Shown here piece after piece: positions 18,610-27,578 of a stretch of 64,000 bases of DNA. The notes under the pieces are model-generated. The model ran no database searches, was not told the DNA's origin, and saw only the letters and a list, made by a program, of their open reading frames with translations. The stretch spans positions 2,305-66,304 of the forward strand of contig JABMPX010000005.1 in assembly GCA_013203625.1 (NCBI GenBank). The letters run 5' to 3'. The stretch comes from Parcubacteria group bacterium (GTDB lineage Bacteria > Patescibacteriota > Minisyncoccia > Portnoybacterales > UBA2143). Both the position numbers and the translations under genes were made by a program. Position 1 is the first letter of the stretch; each line of letters starts with the position of its first letter.

Positions 18610-19514
18610 TTTTTCTTTTTAAAATAGAAAACCATTATGCTAATAGTAAAAATCATGAAAATAAGGATAATTGCCCAAGAATAAGAGCCTTCTCGAATTA
18701 TTGGAAGACTGCCAAAGACATTCATACCAAAGAAGCCAACAATAACGCTCAAAGGGAAAGTAATAAAAGAAACAACAGTCAGAAATTTCATAATATCGCT
18801 TAGTTTGTAAGAGAGCAGAGAATTATTAGTTTGTTCAATAGAATTAATTAATTCTCTGTGATTTTCTAAAACATTCCAAGCGCGAATAGAAGAACCAATT
18901 ACTTCCTGGCTTAATGGCTGTAATTCATGCCCAAAAATCCGTTGAGATTTTTTACCTAAGATTTCCAAAATTGAACGTTGTGGTTTGAGAGCTCGGCGAA
19001 AATCAATTAGATCTTTTTTTGCCATGGCAATTTCTAAAAGCATTTCTTTTTCTTTTCCTTGGAAAACTTGGCCTTCAATTTTTTCAATTTTTTCGCTAAT
19101 ATGGTCAAGCATTGGAAGACAAGAATCAATTAGCCAGTCAAGCAGGCCAAAAAGCAAATGCCCATTGCTTTTAAAATGCTGAGCTTGATGATAATCCTGA
19201 AGCTCGCAGTCATCAAAGAATGTTTTTAAATTAGGAATTTCTTCAGCGTGGCTTGTAATAAGAGTATCTGAAGAAATGATTAAATCTAATTCTGCCAATT
19301 TAGTTTGATTGGTTTCAGTATCAAAAACAGGAAAATGAAGGATAATAAAAAGCTGGCCTGGGTATTCTTCTATTTTAGGACGATGCACTGGCGGTAGAAA
19401 TTGCTGGACAATAAAAGGATGAAGATTAAACTTTTCCTTAAGTTCATCAAGATCTTTTTGTTTTGGTTTTTGAATGTCAATCCAGATGACATTATTGGCA
19501 GTTATTGTTTTCAT
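18600..19514 (-). CDS. corA: magnesium/cobalt transporter CorA
   Basis: C-terminal two TMs with the FGMNV (GMN) signature. Confidence 0.8.
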   Translation of the reverse strand: MKTITANNVIWIDIQKPKQKDLDELKEKFNLHPFIVQQFLPPVHRPKIEEYPGQLFIILHFPVFDTETNQTKLAELDLIISSDTLITSHAEEIPNLKTFFDDCELQDYHQAQHFKSNGHLLFGLLDWLIDSCLPMLDHISEKIEKIEGQVFQGKEKEMLLEIAMAKKDLIDFRRALKPQRSILEILGKKSQRIFGHELQPLSQEVIGSSIRAWNVLENHRELINSIEQTNNSLLSYKLSDIMKFLTVVSFITFPLSVIVGFFGMNVFGSLPIIREGSYSWAIILIFMIFTISIMVFYFKKKKWL

Positions 19515-19556
19515 ATTTTTTCTCCTTATTTTTATTCTATCATATTGTTCTTCTAT

Positions 19557-19584
19557 TTGACAACTTTTCCAAAAGTGATAAACT
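19557..19584 (+). promoter_or_regulatory. putative grpE promoter TTGACA-N16-TAAACT with palindrome ACTTTTccAAAAGT in the spacer
   Basis: TTGACA 19557-19562, TAAACT 19579-19584. A 6-bp-arm inverted repeat fills the spacer. Confidence 0.35.
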
Positions 19585-19609
19585 ATGAATAAGTTGTTAA
19601 TAATAAATA

Positions 19610-20089
19610 ATGCTTAAAAAGAAAAAGATTTCTTATATCTCTGAAGAATCTGATACTCAAACTCATAAACTAAAGAAGAGACTAAAAGAGTGCCAAAAGC
19701 AAAAGGAGGAATATTTAACCCAAGCTCAACAAGCTCGGGCTGATTTAATTAATTTTCGGCGCAGACAAGAACAATTTTTAGAAGAATTAAAAAAATATGG
19801 CCAAGCTGATTTTATTAAAGAATTATTGCAAGTTTTGGACAGTTTAGAAATTGGTTCAAAAAATAATGAAGATTTAAAACAAATCCAAGAACAATTAGAA
19901 GACATTTTAAGAAAATATAATTTAAAGGAAATCAAAACAAAAGGAGAAAAATTTAATCCAGAATTTCATGAAGCAGTAGAACAAGTCAAATCAAAAGAAG
20001 AAAGCGGAATAATTATACAAGAAATTCAAAAAGGATATATAATAGAGGATAAAGTTTTAAGAGCAAGTAAAGTAAAAGTAGCTAAATAA
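19610..20089 (+). CDS. grpE: nucleotide exchange factor GrpE
   Basis: QQARADLINFRRRQEQ (GrpE signature ...ADF(E)N.RRR) and C-terminal KVLRASKVKVAK. Confidence 0.8.
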   Translation: MLKKKKISYISEESDTQTHKLKKRLKECQKQKEEYLTQAQQARADLINFRRRQEQFLEELKKYGQADFIKELLQVLDSLEIGSKNNEDLKQIQEQLEDILRKYNLKEIKTKGEKFNPEFHEAVEQVKSKEESGIIIQEIQKGYIIEDKVLRASKVKVAK

Positions 20090-20104
20090 GAAAGGAGACA
20101 TATT

Positions 20105-20557
20105 ATGCCTATTAAATGGCGATCATTTAAAGAATTAGAAAAGGGACCTAATTCCCCTCATTTACCAAATATGACAGAAGGAGGAGAAGAGGGATGGATG
20201 CCTTTTGTGCCGACTTTTCAGCAGGAGGAACCAATGGTAGATATTTATCAGGACAAGGGCAATCTCTATATAGACATATCTTTGAGCGGCATTAAGCCAG
20301 AAGATGTGGAGATTTCTATTGATGATAATATTTTAACTATTCAGGGCAAAAGCGAGGATAAAAAAGAGATTAAGGAAGAAAATTATTTGCGCAAGGAAAT
20401 AAGAAAAGGGTCTTTTCGCAGAGTAATTAAGTTGCCAGTAGACATAAAAGATAATCAAGCAAAAGCAGAAAGTAAAAATGGCATGCTTAAAATTACTATT
20501 CCAAAAGTATCCAAGACAATTTCTAAAGCAAAAAAGGTCCCGATTCAGATTAAGTAA
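20105..20557 (+). CDS. small heat-shock protein, Hsp20/alpha-crystallin family
   Basis: Alpha-crystallin domain VDIYQDKGNLYIDISLSGIKPEDVEI...GMLKITIPK. GGAGA RBS upstream. Confidence 0.85.
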   Translation: MPIKWRSFKELEKGPNSPHLPNMTEGGEEGWMPFVPTFQQEEPMVDIYQDKGNLYIDISLSGIKPEDVEISIDDNILTIQGKSEDKKEIKEENYLRKEIRKGSFRRVIKLPVDIKDNQAKAESKNGMLKITIPKVSKTISKAKKVPIQIK

Positions 20558-20577
20558 ACTAACTTAAAATCAACATT

Positions 20578-22443
20578 ATGACTAAAATTATTGGCATAGA
20601 TTTAGGAACATCTAATTCAGCAGCTTCAGTAGTTGAAGCTGGCAAACCAACTCTAATTCCTTCAGCTGAAGGAACAGTAGTTGGCGGTGGCAAGGCATTC
20701 CCATCTTATGTAGCTTTTGATAAAGATAATAATCTTTTAGTTGGCGAGTCAGCCCGGCGCCAAGCAATTACTAATCCTAAAAATACGATTACTGCTTTTA
20801 AGCGGAAAATGGGGACTAAGGAAAAATATTCTATAAATAATAAAGATTATACGCCGCAGCAGTTATCCTCTTTTATTTTGCAAAAAATTAAGAAAGACGC
20901 TGAATCATTTTTAGGCGAACCGATACAAAAAGCGGTTATTACAGTGCCAGCTTATTTCAATGACTCTCAAAGGCAGGCGACTAAAGATGCCGGAGCAATT
21001 GCTGGTTTGGAAGTGGAAAGAATTATTAATGAGCCAACAGCAGCTTCTTTAGCTTATGGGATTGACAAGGTGGACAAAGAAGAAAAGATTTTTGTTTTTG
21101 ATTTTGGCGGCGGCACATTAGATGTGACTATTATGGATTTTGGCGATGGAGTTTTTGAAGTTAAATCCACTTCTGGCGATACTGAATTAGGCGGTACTGA
21201 TATGGATGAAATTTTAGTAGATTATATTACAGAAGAATTTAAAAAAGATAATAGCATTGATTTAAAGCAAGACGAAACTGCTGTTCAAAGAGTTAAAGAA
21301 GCAGCGGAAAAAGCAAAAATTGAGCTTTCTTCTACTTTAGAAACAGATCTTAATTTGCCTTTTCTTAGCGCTGATTCAGCTGGGCCAAAGCATCTAACAA
21401 TGAAAATCACCAGAGCTAAATTGGAGGAATTAATAAAGCCAATTATTGAAAAATGCCGCGGGCCAATAGAACAAGCATTAAAAGACTCTAAATTAACGCC
21501 AAATGACATAACTAAAATTATTTTAGTAGGCGGTCCAACCAGAATGCCTATTGTTCAGAGATTTGTTGAGGATTATGTAGGCAAGAAAATTGAAAGGGGA
21601 GTTGACCCAATGGAATGCGTAGCCATGGGAGCGGCTATTCAGGGAGGAATTTTAACTGGCGAGACCAAAGAAGTGCTTTTGCTTGATGTTACTCCATTAA
21701 CTTTAGGGATAGAAACATTAGGCAATGTAATGACACCATTAATTGAAAGAAATACAACAGTACCAGCTTCAAAATCCCAGATTTTTTCAACAGCAGCTGA
21801 TAATCAGCCAGCAGTAGATATTCACGTTCTACAAGGGGAAAGGCCAATGGCTGGCGATAACAGAACATTAGGCAAGTTTATGTTAGACGGTATTCCGCCA
21901 GCTCCGCGGGGAGTTCCTCAAATTGAGGTTACTTTTGATATTGACGCTAATGGCATTTTAGATGTAAAAGCCAAAGATAAAGCTACCAATAAGGAACAGC
22001 ATATTACTATTACTGATTCCTCGGCTCTTTCTAAAGAAGAAATTGAGAAAATGAAACAAGAAGCTGAAATTCATGCAACTGAAGATCGTCAGAAAAAAGA
22101 ATTAATTGAAATTCGCAATCAGGCAGATACTTTAATTTTCTCTACAGAAAAAGCATTAAAAGATGCTGGAGACAAAGTAAAACCAGATGATAAAAAACAG
22201 GTTGAGGAAAAATTAGAAGAATTGAAAAAAATAAAAGATTCTAGTGAAATAGAACCTTTGAAAAAAGCAATTGATGAATTGTCTCAAGAAATTCAGAAAA
22301 TAGGAGCTCAATTATATCAAAAAGTTGAAGAAGAAAAAGCAGAACAATCAGAGCCAGAGATAAAAGGGAAAGAATCTAAAGACAAGACAGTTGAAGGGGA
22401 GTATGAGGAAGTAAAGGAAGAGAAGAAAGAAGAGAAGAAATAA
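20578..22443 (+). CDS. dnaK: molecular chaperone DnaK (Hsp70)
   Basis: [24 protein letters not shown] and [11 protein letters not shown] signatures, acidic C-terminal tail. Confidence 0.95.
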   Translation: MTKIIGIDLGTSNSAASVVEAGKPTLIPSAEGTVVGGGKAFPSYVAFDKDNNLLVGESARRQAITNPKNTITAFKRKMGTKEKYSINNKDYTPQQLSSFILQKIKKDAESFLGEPIQKAVITVPAYFNDSQRQATKDAGAIAGLEVERIINEPTAASLAYGIDKVDKEEKIFVFDFGGGTLDVTIMDFGDGVFEVKSTSGDTELGGTDMDEILVDYITEEFKKDNSIDLKQDETAVQRVKEAAEKAKIELSSTLETDLNLPFLSADSAGPKHLTMKITRAKLEELIKPIIEKCRGPIEQALKDSKLTPNDITKIILVGGPTRMPIVQRFVEDYVGKKIERGVDPMECVAMGAAIQGGILTGETKEVLLLDVTPLTLGIETLGNVMTPLIERNTTVPASKSQIFSTAADNQPAVDIHVLQGERPMAGDNRTLGKFMLDGIPPAPRGVPQIEVTFDIDANGILDVKAKDKATNKEQHITITDSSALSKEEIEKMKQEAEIHATEDRQKKELIEIRNQADTLIFSTEKALKDAGDKVKPDDKKQVEEKLEELKKIKDSSEIEPLKKAIDELSQEIQKIGAQLYQKVEEEKAEQSEPEIKGKESKDKTVEGEYEEVKEEKKEEKK

Positions 22444-22457
22444 AATCTTTATTTTCA

Positions 22458-22517
22458 GAGGCCGTGCTTGAAAACACACAATCTTTGCAAAGGTTGTATG
22501 TTTTCAAGCACGGCCTC
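22458..22517 (+). terminator. 18-bp perfect inverted repeat (probable factor-independent terminator or protein site) after dnaK
   Basis: GAGGCCGTGCTTGAAAAC (22458-22475) pairs with GTTTTCAAGCACGGCCTC (22500-22517). The loop has a nested palindrome TTTGCAAA. Only TT follows the stem. Confidence 0.45.
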
Positions 22518-22524
22518 TTGCGTC

Positions 22525-22554
22525 TTGACAAATTGTATAAATTACTGTTAAGAT
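22525..22554 (+). promoter_or_regulatory. putative promoter TTGACA-N18-TAAGAT
   Basis: TTGACA 22525-22530, TAAGAT 22549-22554, upstream of the Wzz-like gene. Confidence 0.3.
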
Positions 22555-22583
22555 GTAGTTGCCTGAGATAAGGCAATTTTTTT

Positions 22584-23285
22584 ATGACTTTTAAACAAAT
22601 AAATAAAATAATTTATCAAAAAAAATGGCTCGTATTCTGGATAACTGTCCTAGGAGCTGTTTTAGCTTTTGACTTAATGGTTATTCAAACTCCAGAGTAT
22701 AAAGCCAGTTCAAAAGTATTAGTTATTCAGAAACAAATAGCTGGGCAGGATATTTACAGTATTTCCAAATCAGCCCAATATCTTTCCAATGTTTTAAAAG
22801 AAGGAATTTATTCTGATAGTTTTTTTGAAAAAGTTGTTCAATCATCTGAACAAATAAAGGAAAGTGATTTCCCTTCTCAATTAAAAGAAAGACGCAAGCA
22901 ATGGGAAGAGGATGTTAAAGTGAATATTATTCGTGATTTAGGAGTTATAGAAATTAGTGTTGTTCATCCAGAAAAAGAAAAAGCCGAACAAATTAATTGG
23001 ACAGTGACTAATGTTTTAGGAGAAAATCATAGATTTTATCATGGCAGCGGACAGAATGTAGAATTGAAAATCTTAAACAAACCATTAGTTGGCGAGAAAC
23101 CAATTAGTACTAATTTATGGCTTGGAACAATTTTAGGCGCTTTAATTGGATTTTGCGCTGGTGTTGGATTAGCTATAAAAAGAACGTTAAAATCTATTAA
23201 ATTGCCCTATGATCCTAAAAATGACCAAGGTTTATTATTAGCTGATAAATCCTCCTCTTTGGATAGAAATGATTTTTCTATCTAA
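22584..23285 (+). CDS. polysaccharide chain-length determinant (Wzz/CpsC-like) protein
   Basis: N-terminal TM (WLVFWITVLGAVLAF), periplasmic-type middle region, C-terminal TM (GTILGALIGFCAGVGLAIKR). Confidence 0.5.
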   Translation: MTFKQINKIIYQKKWLVFWITVLGAVLAFDLMVIQTPEYKASSKVLVIQKQIAGQDIYSISKSAQYLSNVLKEGIYSDSFFEKVVQSSEQIKESDFPSQLKERRKQWEEDVKVNIIRDLGVIEISVVHPEKEKAEQINWTVTNVLGENHRFYHGSGQNVELKILNKPLVGEKPISTNLWLGTILGALIGFCAGVGLAIKRTLKSIKLPYDPKNDQGLLLADKSSSLDRNDFSI

Positions 23286-23311
23286 AAAGGAGGTTTTTAA
23301 GGAGAAGTTCC

Positions 23312-23340
23312 TTGAAAACTTAATATAAAGAATGTAAATT
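23312..23340 (+). promoter_or_regulatory. putative promoter TTGAAA-N17-TAAATT for the exported-protein operon
   Basis: TTGAAA 23312-23317, TAAATT 23335-23340, followed by a ~75-nt leader and a GGGAGGT RBS. Confidence 0.3.
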
Positions 23341-23417
23341 AGACGATAAACAGGTGAGGAAAGCCGAAGTAATAGGACAGAAGCTGACTAACCCTAAAAA
23401 AATGGGAGGTAAAGAGA

Positions 23418-24134
23418 ATGAAAAAGATAATTGTGGTAGCAATGGTGGCATTGGTATTGGGATTTAGTTTATCAACTTTTGCGGCTGAACCTAATTGGAA
23501 GCATCATATTGTTAAAAAAGGCGATACCCTTTCGGGTTTTGCTTATTCTTGTAGGGTTTCTATTGCGAAAATGATTGAATGGAACCCTAAAACAGGAATA
23601 AATCTTATTTATCCGGGCCAAAAACTTAGGTATTTGGTACCACCGGATATAATAGATGTTATTGGCCGAATCAATGAGGTGATTGGGACAATGGATACTA
23701 TTGTGCCTATAATTCAGCAAAGCGATAGTGAAATCAAGAAAATTATCAGGGAAAATCATGACGGTCTTACCCGGCAAATTGGCCAGGTTCAAGCCAAGCA
23801 GAAACAGAATACTGATATTACTGATATCAAAGATACAAGGATTATGGATCTTGCAATTCTTGCGATCTCTTTGTTTGTTGTAGTTTGTATTGTGTGGTTT
23901 CTTATTTTCCGGTTTAGAAAAGAAGGAAATAATGTAAAAATTTGCCCTGATGATCTTGATAAGATTTATAAGATTACCAATGGTGAAATTTCTGGCCCAG
24001 AAAATTATAAGTGTTGTTTTTGCAACAAGATGATCCAGAAACACAATCTTGCTCGTCATGTAACAAAGAGATGTAAAAAGTCACCGTATTACGAACAAAA
24101 AATCAATAAGGAGGAGGTATCAACAAATGAGTAG
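23418..24134 (+). CDS. exported LysM-domain protein with one TM and a cytoplasmic Cys/His-rich tail
   Basis: Signal peptide MKKIIVVAMVALVLGFSLSTFAAEP; LysM (HIVKKGDTLSGFAY...IYPGQKLRY); TM LAILAISLFVVVCIVWFLIF; tail CPDD...KCCFCNKMIQKHNLARHVTKRC. Confidence 0.6.
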   Translation: MKKIIVVAMVALVLGFSLSTFAAEPNWKHHIVKKGDTLSGFAYSCRVSIAKMIEWNPKTGINLIYPGQKLRYLVPPDIIDVIGRINEVIGTMDTIVPIIQQSDSEIKKIIRENHDGLTRQIGQVQAKQKQNTDITDIKDTRIMDLAILAISLFVVVCIVWFLIFRFRKEGNNVKICPDDLDKIYKITNGEISGPENYKCCFCNKMIQKHNLARHVTKRCKKSPYYEQKINKEEVSTNE

Positions 24135-24987
24135 ACTAACAAAGACCGGTTTATTGCTGATAATGGTGGTTTTGTTGTTGACGCTTTTTAGTGCTTGCGC
24201 CAGACGGAATCTTATTATGTCTGAGAAACACATTAATAAAATTCCTGAAGTTGGCCAGGGCTATAGCGTACTTTGGTGTAATTTTCATCCAATTCTTTTG
24301 ATGTCAGAAGGAATTGGCATTAATCATGCTCTTCATTTTTTTGGAAAGGATGAACCGTACATTGCAGTGAAGGTGCGTGAGAATAAACAAAATTTTCAGA
24401 TGATGGTAATCGTGACCGAGGAAGTCAATTTTGCCGAAGATAGAGCGATGATTCCTTCCCGAAGTGGTGAACGTTTTTATTCTGTTGATGGGAAAGATGT
24501 TTTCAGTGAAAATGGCTATTTAGTCCCTAAGTTTGCGTGGACAAAGATAAAGCCATTAGCTGATACTGGGATTGAGATTTGGCAAAATGTTTTACCTGGT
24601 TCTGAAAGAGATCAAAAAGTAAAAAAGATTTTAGCAGGAATAGGCAAGGGCCTTGATCAAGAAATCCCTGGATTATTTGATCGAGTGATGTCTCAAGTTG
24701 CGAAGATTACAACTGAAGATATTGTATTAGCAGGAGCAACAGATTTTACCAGTTTGTTTGGTCTTTTTGGTATCCGGATTTGGGCAGTTGTTAATGCAAT
24801 TGTCCAGAAGGCCGATTTGTCTTTGCCATTTTACGATACGGCAGTAGTTAATAGATTTCAGTTGGCTACTGCTCTTGAGCCATTTAACTCTTTAACCAAA
24901 GAGCAAGAAAGGGCTATTAATAAATGGTTAAAAGCTCTTGAAGGGTGGCAGAAGAGAGTAGATGCTTATGATGCGCAAATTCAATAA
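24127..24987 (+). CDS. hypothetical lipoprotein
   Basis: N-terminal signal with lipobox-like LFSAC. Overlaps the upstream gene by 8 nt. No known catalytic motif. Confidence 0.5.
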   Translation: MSRLTKTGLLLIMVVLLLTLFSACARRNLIMSEKHINKIPEVGQGYSVLWCNFHPILLMSEGIGINHALHFFGKDEPYIAVKVRENKQNFQMMVIVTEEVNFAEDRAMIPSRSGERFYSVDGKDVFSENGYLVPKFAWTKIKPLADTGIEIWQNVLPGSERDQKVKKILAGIGKGLDQEIPGLFDRVMSQVAKITTEDIVLAGATDFTSLFGLFGIRIWAVVNAIVQKADLSLPFYDTAVVNRFQLATALEPFNSLTKEQERAINKWLKALEGWQKRVDAYDAQIQ

Positions 24988-25058
24988 CTAACCAAAAATT
25001 ACCGTAGAAATAAGTAAACTTTATTAAAGTCAAAACCGACTTTAGAGATAACGCTGAA

Positions 25059-25087
25059 GCCCTTAAAAACTTAAAGCTTTTAAGGGC
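25059..25087 (+). promoter_or_regulatory. 10-bp stem hairpin in the 210-nt intra-operon spacer
   Basis: GCCCTTAAAA-acttaaagc-TTTTAAGGGC, flanked by direct ACGCTGAA copies. No U-tract. Confidence 0.3.
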
Positions 25088-25197
25088 CGACGCTGAATCC
25101 AGACGAGGTAAGACAGAAATAGAGTTTCAATTTTTTATTTCAAGGTAGTTTATGGCATGTAACTCCAAAAAATTTATAGAAAGGAGGCAAGAAAGAT

Positions 25198-26829
25198 ATG
25201 AGAATGAAAAGGTTGTTGTTCATGCTGTTAATGATGTTTTTTGCCAGTGTAAACCTTGCCTCTACTAGTCAAGCAGGCAAGATTTATACAGTAGTGGAAC
25301 CCAAAATAACCATAAAGAAGTATAAAGTAGTTGACAAAGATACATTGTCGCAAATATGTTCTCGTTTTTACGGGAATGGCAGGTCGTCTGCTTATAATGC
25401 TTTAGCGGCTTGGGGAAATCAAGTAACACATGAAAAACTTTGGGTTTTTGTAGGACAGATTTTAGAGATTCCCTTTCCTCTGATTTTAAACCAGAACGAA
25501 GCTGGTATTAATCCGACAATTCTGCCAATTGAAGAAACAACCAAATTGACAATTAAACAATTAAAACAAAGTTTAACCCAAACTGATATCCAGGCAACTA
25601 TTCCTAATAATCTTTCAAAATCAATTATTTCTGGCTTAAAAACTTCTCAGAAATTTCATAATTTAAACAATGAAATTGTAGCAGCTGTTAGCTTTGGCAA
25701 AAAAGCGCAGGGCTGGACCATGATTAACGTTAAAAAAGAGTTAATTGGGAAATCCACATCTTCAACTATTAATAAAAATTTTGAGATTAGAGCCACTTTG
25801 CCCGATTGCAATAACCTATATTTACAGTTAATTCGGGTTTCTGAGAAAAAGCTTAATGCCAAAAGGATGCTATTACGACTTCCACCCCCACCTCCATTTC
25901 CGCCAATTTTAAAAGCCGAAATTCAAAAGGTCTTACTTGCTGAATATGCAAAAATTATAGCTAAATATGGTTGGGATTGGGATTCCACAGGGGGTTATTT
26001 CAAAGAGCGTTATACGGACGGAAACAATGTCAAAGGTTGGTGGCAGTCAAGCGTTCTTTATCCTTTTGTCTCCAATGACATTGAGGGCAATGAATGGTCA
26101 TTTGGTCTGGCTTATACTATTAGAGATTGGTCTGGGGAAACCGGTGAAGTAAACCCGTTCTATTATAATGGCATAGTGAATATTGAGTCATTGGCTGGAC
26201 GCTTTCGGGATAGCGACCGAAATTGGGAAATTCTTGGCCGAGTTGGACTTGGTCAACGCGAAGATAGTGGCTATTTAACTAATGAGTGGGGTCGTTTTGA
26301 CACGGAGCAAGAAACAAACATTTTTAATGCTTATTCTTCTGCTGAATACAGCGAAAATAAGACGTGGTTTTCCAAAATACGTGTTTCTGGCGAAGTAGAA
26401 ATAGGGCTCAATGAAGAGAAAGAAAGCTATTGGACTGACCAATGGGATGGTCGACAAAAGTTGGATAATCAACCTGATGATAAAGATAGATATGAATTTG
26501 CTCTATACTCTGATGTTTTTACTTTTGACGAAGACAAGAATATTCAGATTTGGAGCGAATTTCGAAGCACTTACTATAATGAAGAATATAAATGGGGGAA
26601 CGGAATAAAAGGTGGTTTATCATTCTTAAATGGTTCTTTGAAAGTAGGTCTTGGCTATACAGCATGGAACCAGAGCAATGCAGATTCTACTGGTTTTTAT
26701 GGAGAGGTGAATCTGTATAATCTTTACCATTGTGCTTTCGGCTATCCAAAAAGATATTCTGATGAAGATATTTTTGTTCCAATTAACCAGAAGGAAAAAG
26801 AGGAAGAGATTTTAGAAATGTTAATGTAA
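25198..26829 (+). CDS. secreted protein: N-terminal LysM-like domain, poly-proline linker, C-terminal beta-barrel-like domain
   Basis: Signal peptide ending ASTSQA; YKVVDKDTLSQICSRFYG...VGQILEIP (LysM-like); LRLPPPPPFPP; C-terminal ~300 aa Gly/aromatic-rich with alternating hydrophobics. GGAGG RBS. Confidence 0.55.
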   Translation: MRMKRLLFMLLMMFFASVNLASTSQAGKIYTVVEPKITIKKYKVVDKDTLSQICSRFYGNGRSSAYNALAAWGNQVTHEKLWVFVGQILEIPFPLILNQNEAGINPTILPIEETTKLTIKQLKQSLTQTDIQATIPNNLSKSIISGLKTSQKFHNLNNEIVAAVSFGKKAQGWTMINVKKELIGKSTSSTINKNFEIRATLPDCNNLYLQLIRVSEKKLNAKRMLLRLPPPPPFPPILKAEIQKVLLAEYAKIIAKYGWDWDSTGGYFKERYTDGNNVKGWWQSSVLYPFVSNDIEGNEWSFGLAYTIRDWSGETGEVNPFYYNGIVNIESLAGRFRDSDRNWEILGRVGLGQREDSGYLTNEWGRFDTEQETNIFNAYSSAEYSENKTWFSKIRVSGEVEIGLNEEKESYWTDQWDGRQKLDNQPDDKDRYEFALYSDVFTFDEDKNIQIWSEFRSTYYNEEYKWGNGIKGGLSFLNGSLKVGLGYTAWNQSNADSTGFYGEVNLYNLYHCAFGYPKRYSDEDIFVPINQKEKEEEILEMLM

Positions 26830-26851
26830 TACCAAAACAGGAGGCATCAAA

Positions 26852-27514
26852 ATGAAAAGGTTATTTAAATTAATTGCAATGATTGCAACCGCATTTTTTT
26901 TGATTAGTGGATGCGCAGCTATTCAAAAAAAGGGTACAACAAAAAACTGGGAAAAGGAAGTAAAGGAGATAATGAACACTGGTGTAACCGAGGCAGATCC
27001 TAATGTTTTGGCCAAAGATAGTAAATCTGTGATCACGGTTGAGGACATAGGTGACAGGGTTTATTATACGATTACTAATCCGTGGTTAACCCCCAAAGGG
27101 GATACCAAAGGCAAGAATTTAAAGCGGGCCGTTAAACTGAAAATCGCCTCGGGGATTCTGGATGCAAAAGGGAAAAACCCATATTTTACCATGGTAGAAG
27201 TCAAAGATAACAAGGCCGAATTTAGTCTTCCGAATTTTGCCCGGGCCAAGGGTGTAAAAGTTCCTGTGGTTGAACATGGCTGGGGATATGGCCAAGCAGC
27301 TGACGGAACTGTTGGTTATTTGGTTCTTGACCCCAATAGCCCATGGGTTGTATATAAGACAAAAGCTTTTGGAGGGCATCTGACAGAGTCAAGGGACAGA
27401 GCTGATCTGGAAACATTGGCCATAGGGTCAGTTATGTATCCAGGTAAACCAACCGCGCCATTAAAGGCGATTGGAAAAGGCAAGTTGAAACAGGGTATGC
27501 ACCCTGAATTATAA
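26852..27514 (+). CDS. hypothetical lipoprotein
   Basis: Signal plus lipobox FLISGC, GGAGG RBS. No known catalytic motif. Confidence 0.55.
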   Translation: MKRLFKLIAMIATAFFLISGCAAIQKKGTTKNWEKEVKEIMNTGVTEADPNVLAKDSKSVITVEDIGDRVYYTITNPWLTPKGDTKGKNLKRAVKLKIASGILDAKGKNPYFTMVEVKDNKAEFSLPNFARAKGVKVPVVEHGWGYGQAADGTVGYLVLDPNSPWVVYKTKAFGGHLTESRDRADLETLAIGSVMYPGKPTAPLKAIGKGKLKQGMHPEL

Positions 27515-27519
27515 AAAAA

Positions 27520-27578
27520 GCCGGAAAAACCGGCAAGCAATAACCCCATACGTTAAGGAGGAAACGAATGGGGTTTTT
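27520..27578. terminator. pair of convergent rho-independent terminators
   Basis: GCCGG-aaaaa-CCGGC with an A7 run upstream (a T7 run for the minus-strand gene). CCCCAT...ATGGGG followed by TTTTT for the plus operon. Confidence 0.55.

Noticed and set aside
19515-19610. CIRCE/HrcA operator upstream of grpE-dnaK
   Set aside because: No TTAGCACTC-N9-GAGTGCTAA-like sequence is present. Only the ACTTTTccAAAAGT palindrome was found.
19585-19617. 10-codon mini-ORF (MNKLLIINNA) overlapping the grpE start
   Set aside because: Too short and without RBS or conservation evidence. Treated as part of the grpE leader.
22458-22517. The 18-bp palindrome as a MITE/IS terminal inverted repeat
   Set aside because: There is no transposase ORF and no target-site duplication, and the second copy is only a half-site. 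It is better explained as a terminator/REP-like element or junction.
23286-27578. Direct-repeat att sites flanking the GC-elevated islands (also 36110-37610)
   Set aside because: I could not identify convincing flanking direct repeats by eye, so the islands are reported without claimed boundaries. This needs a computational repeat search.
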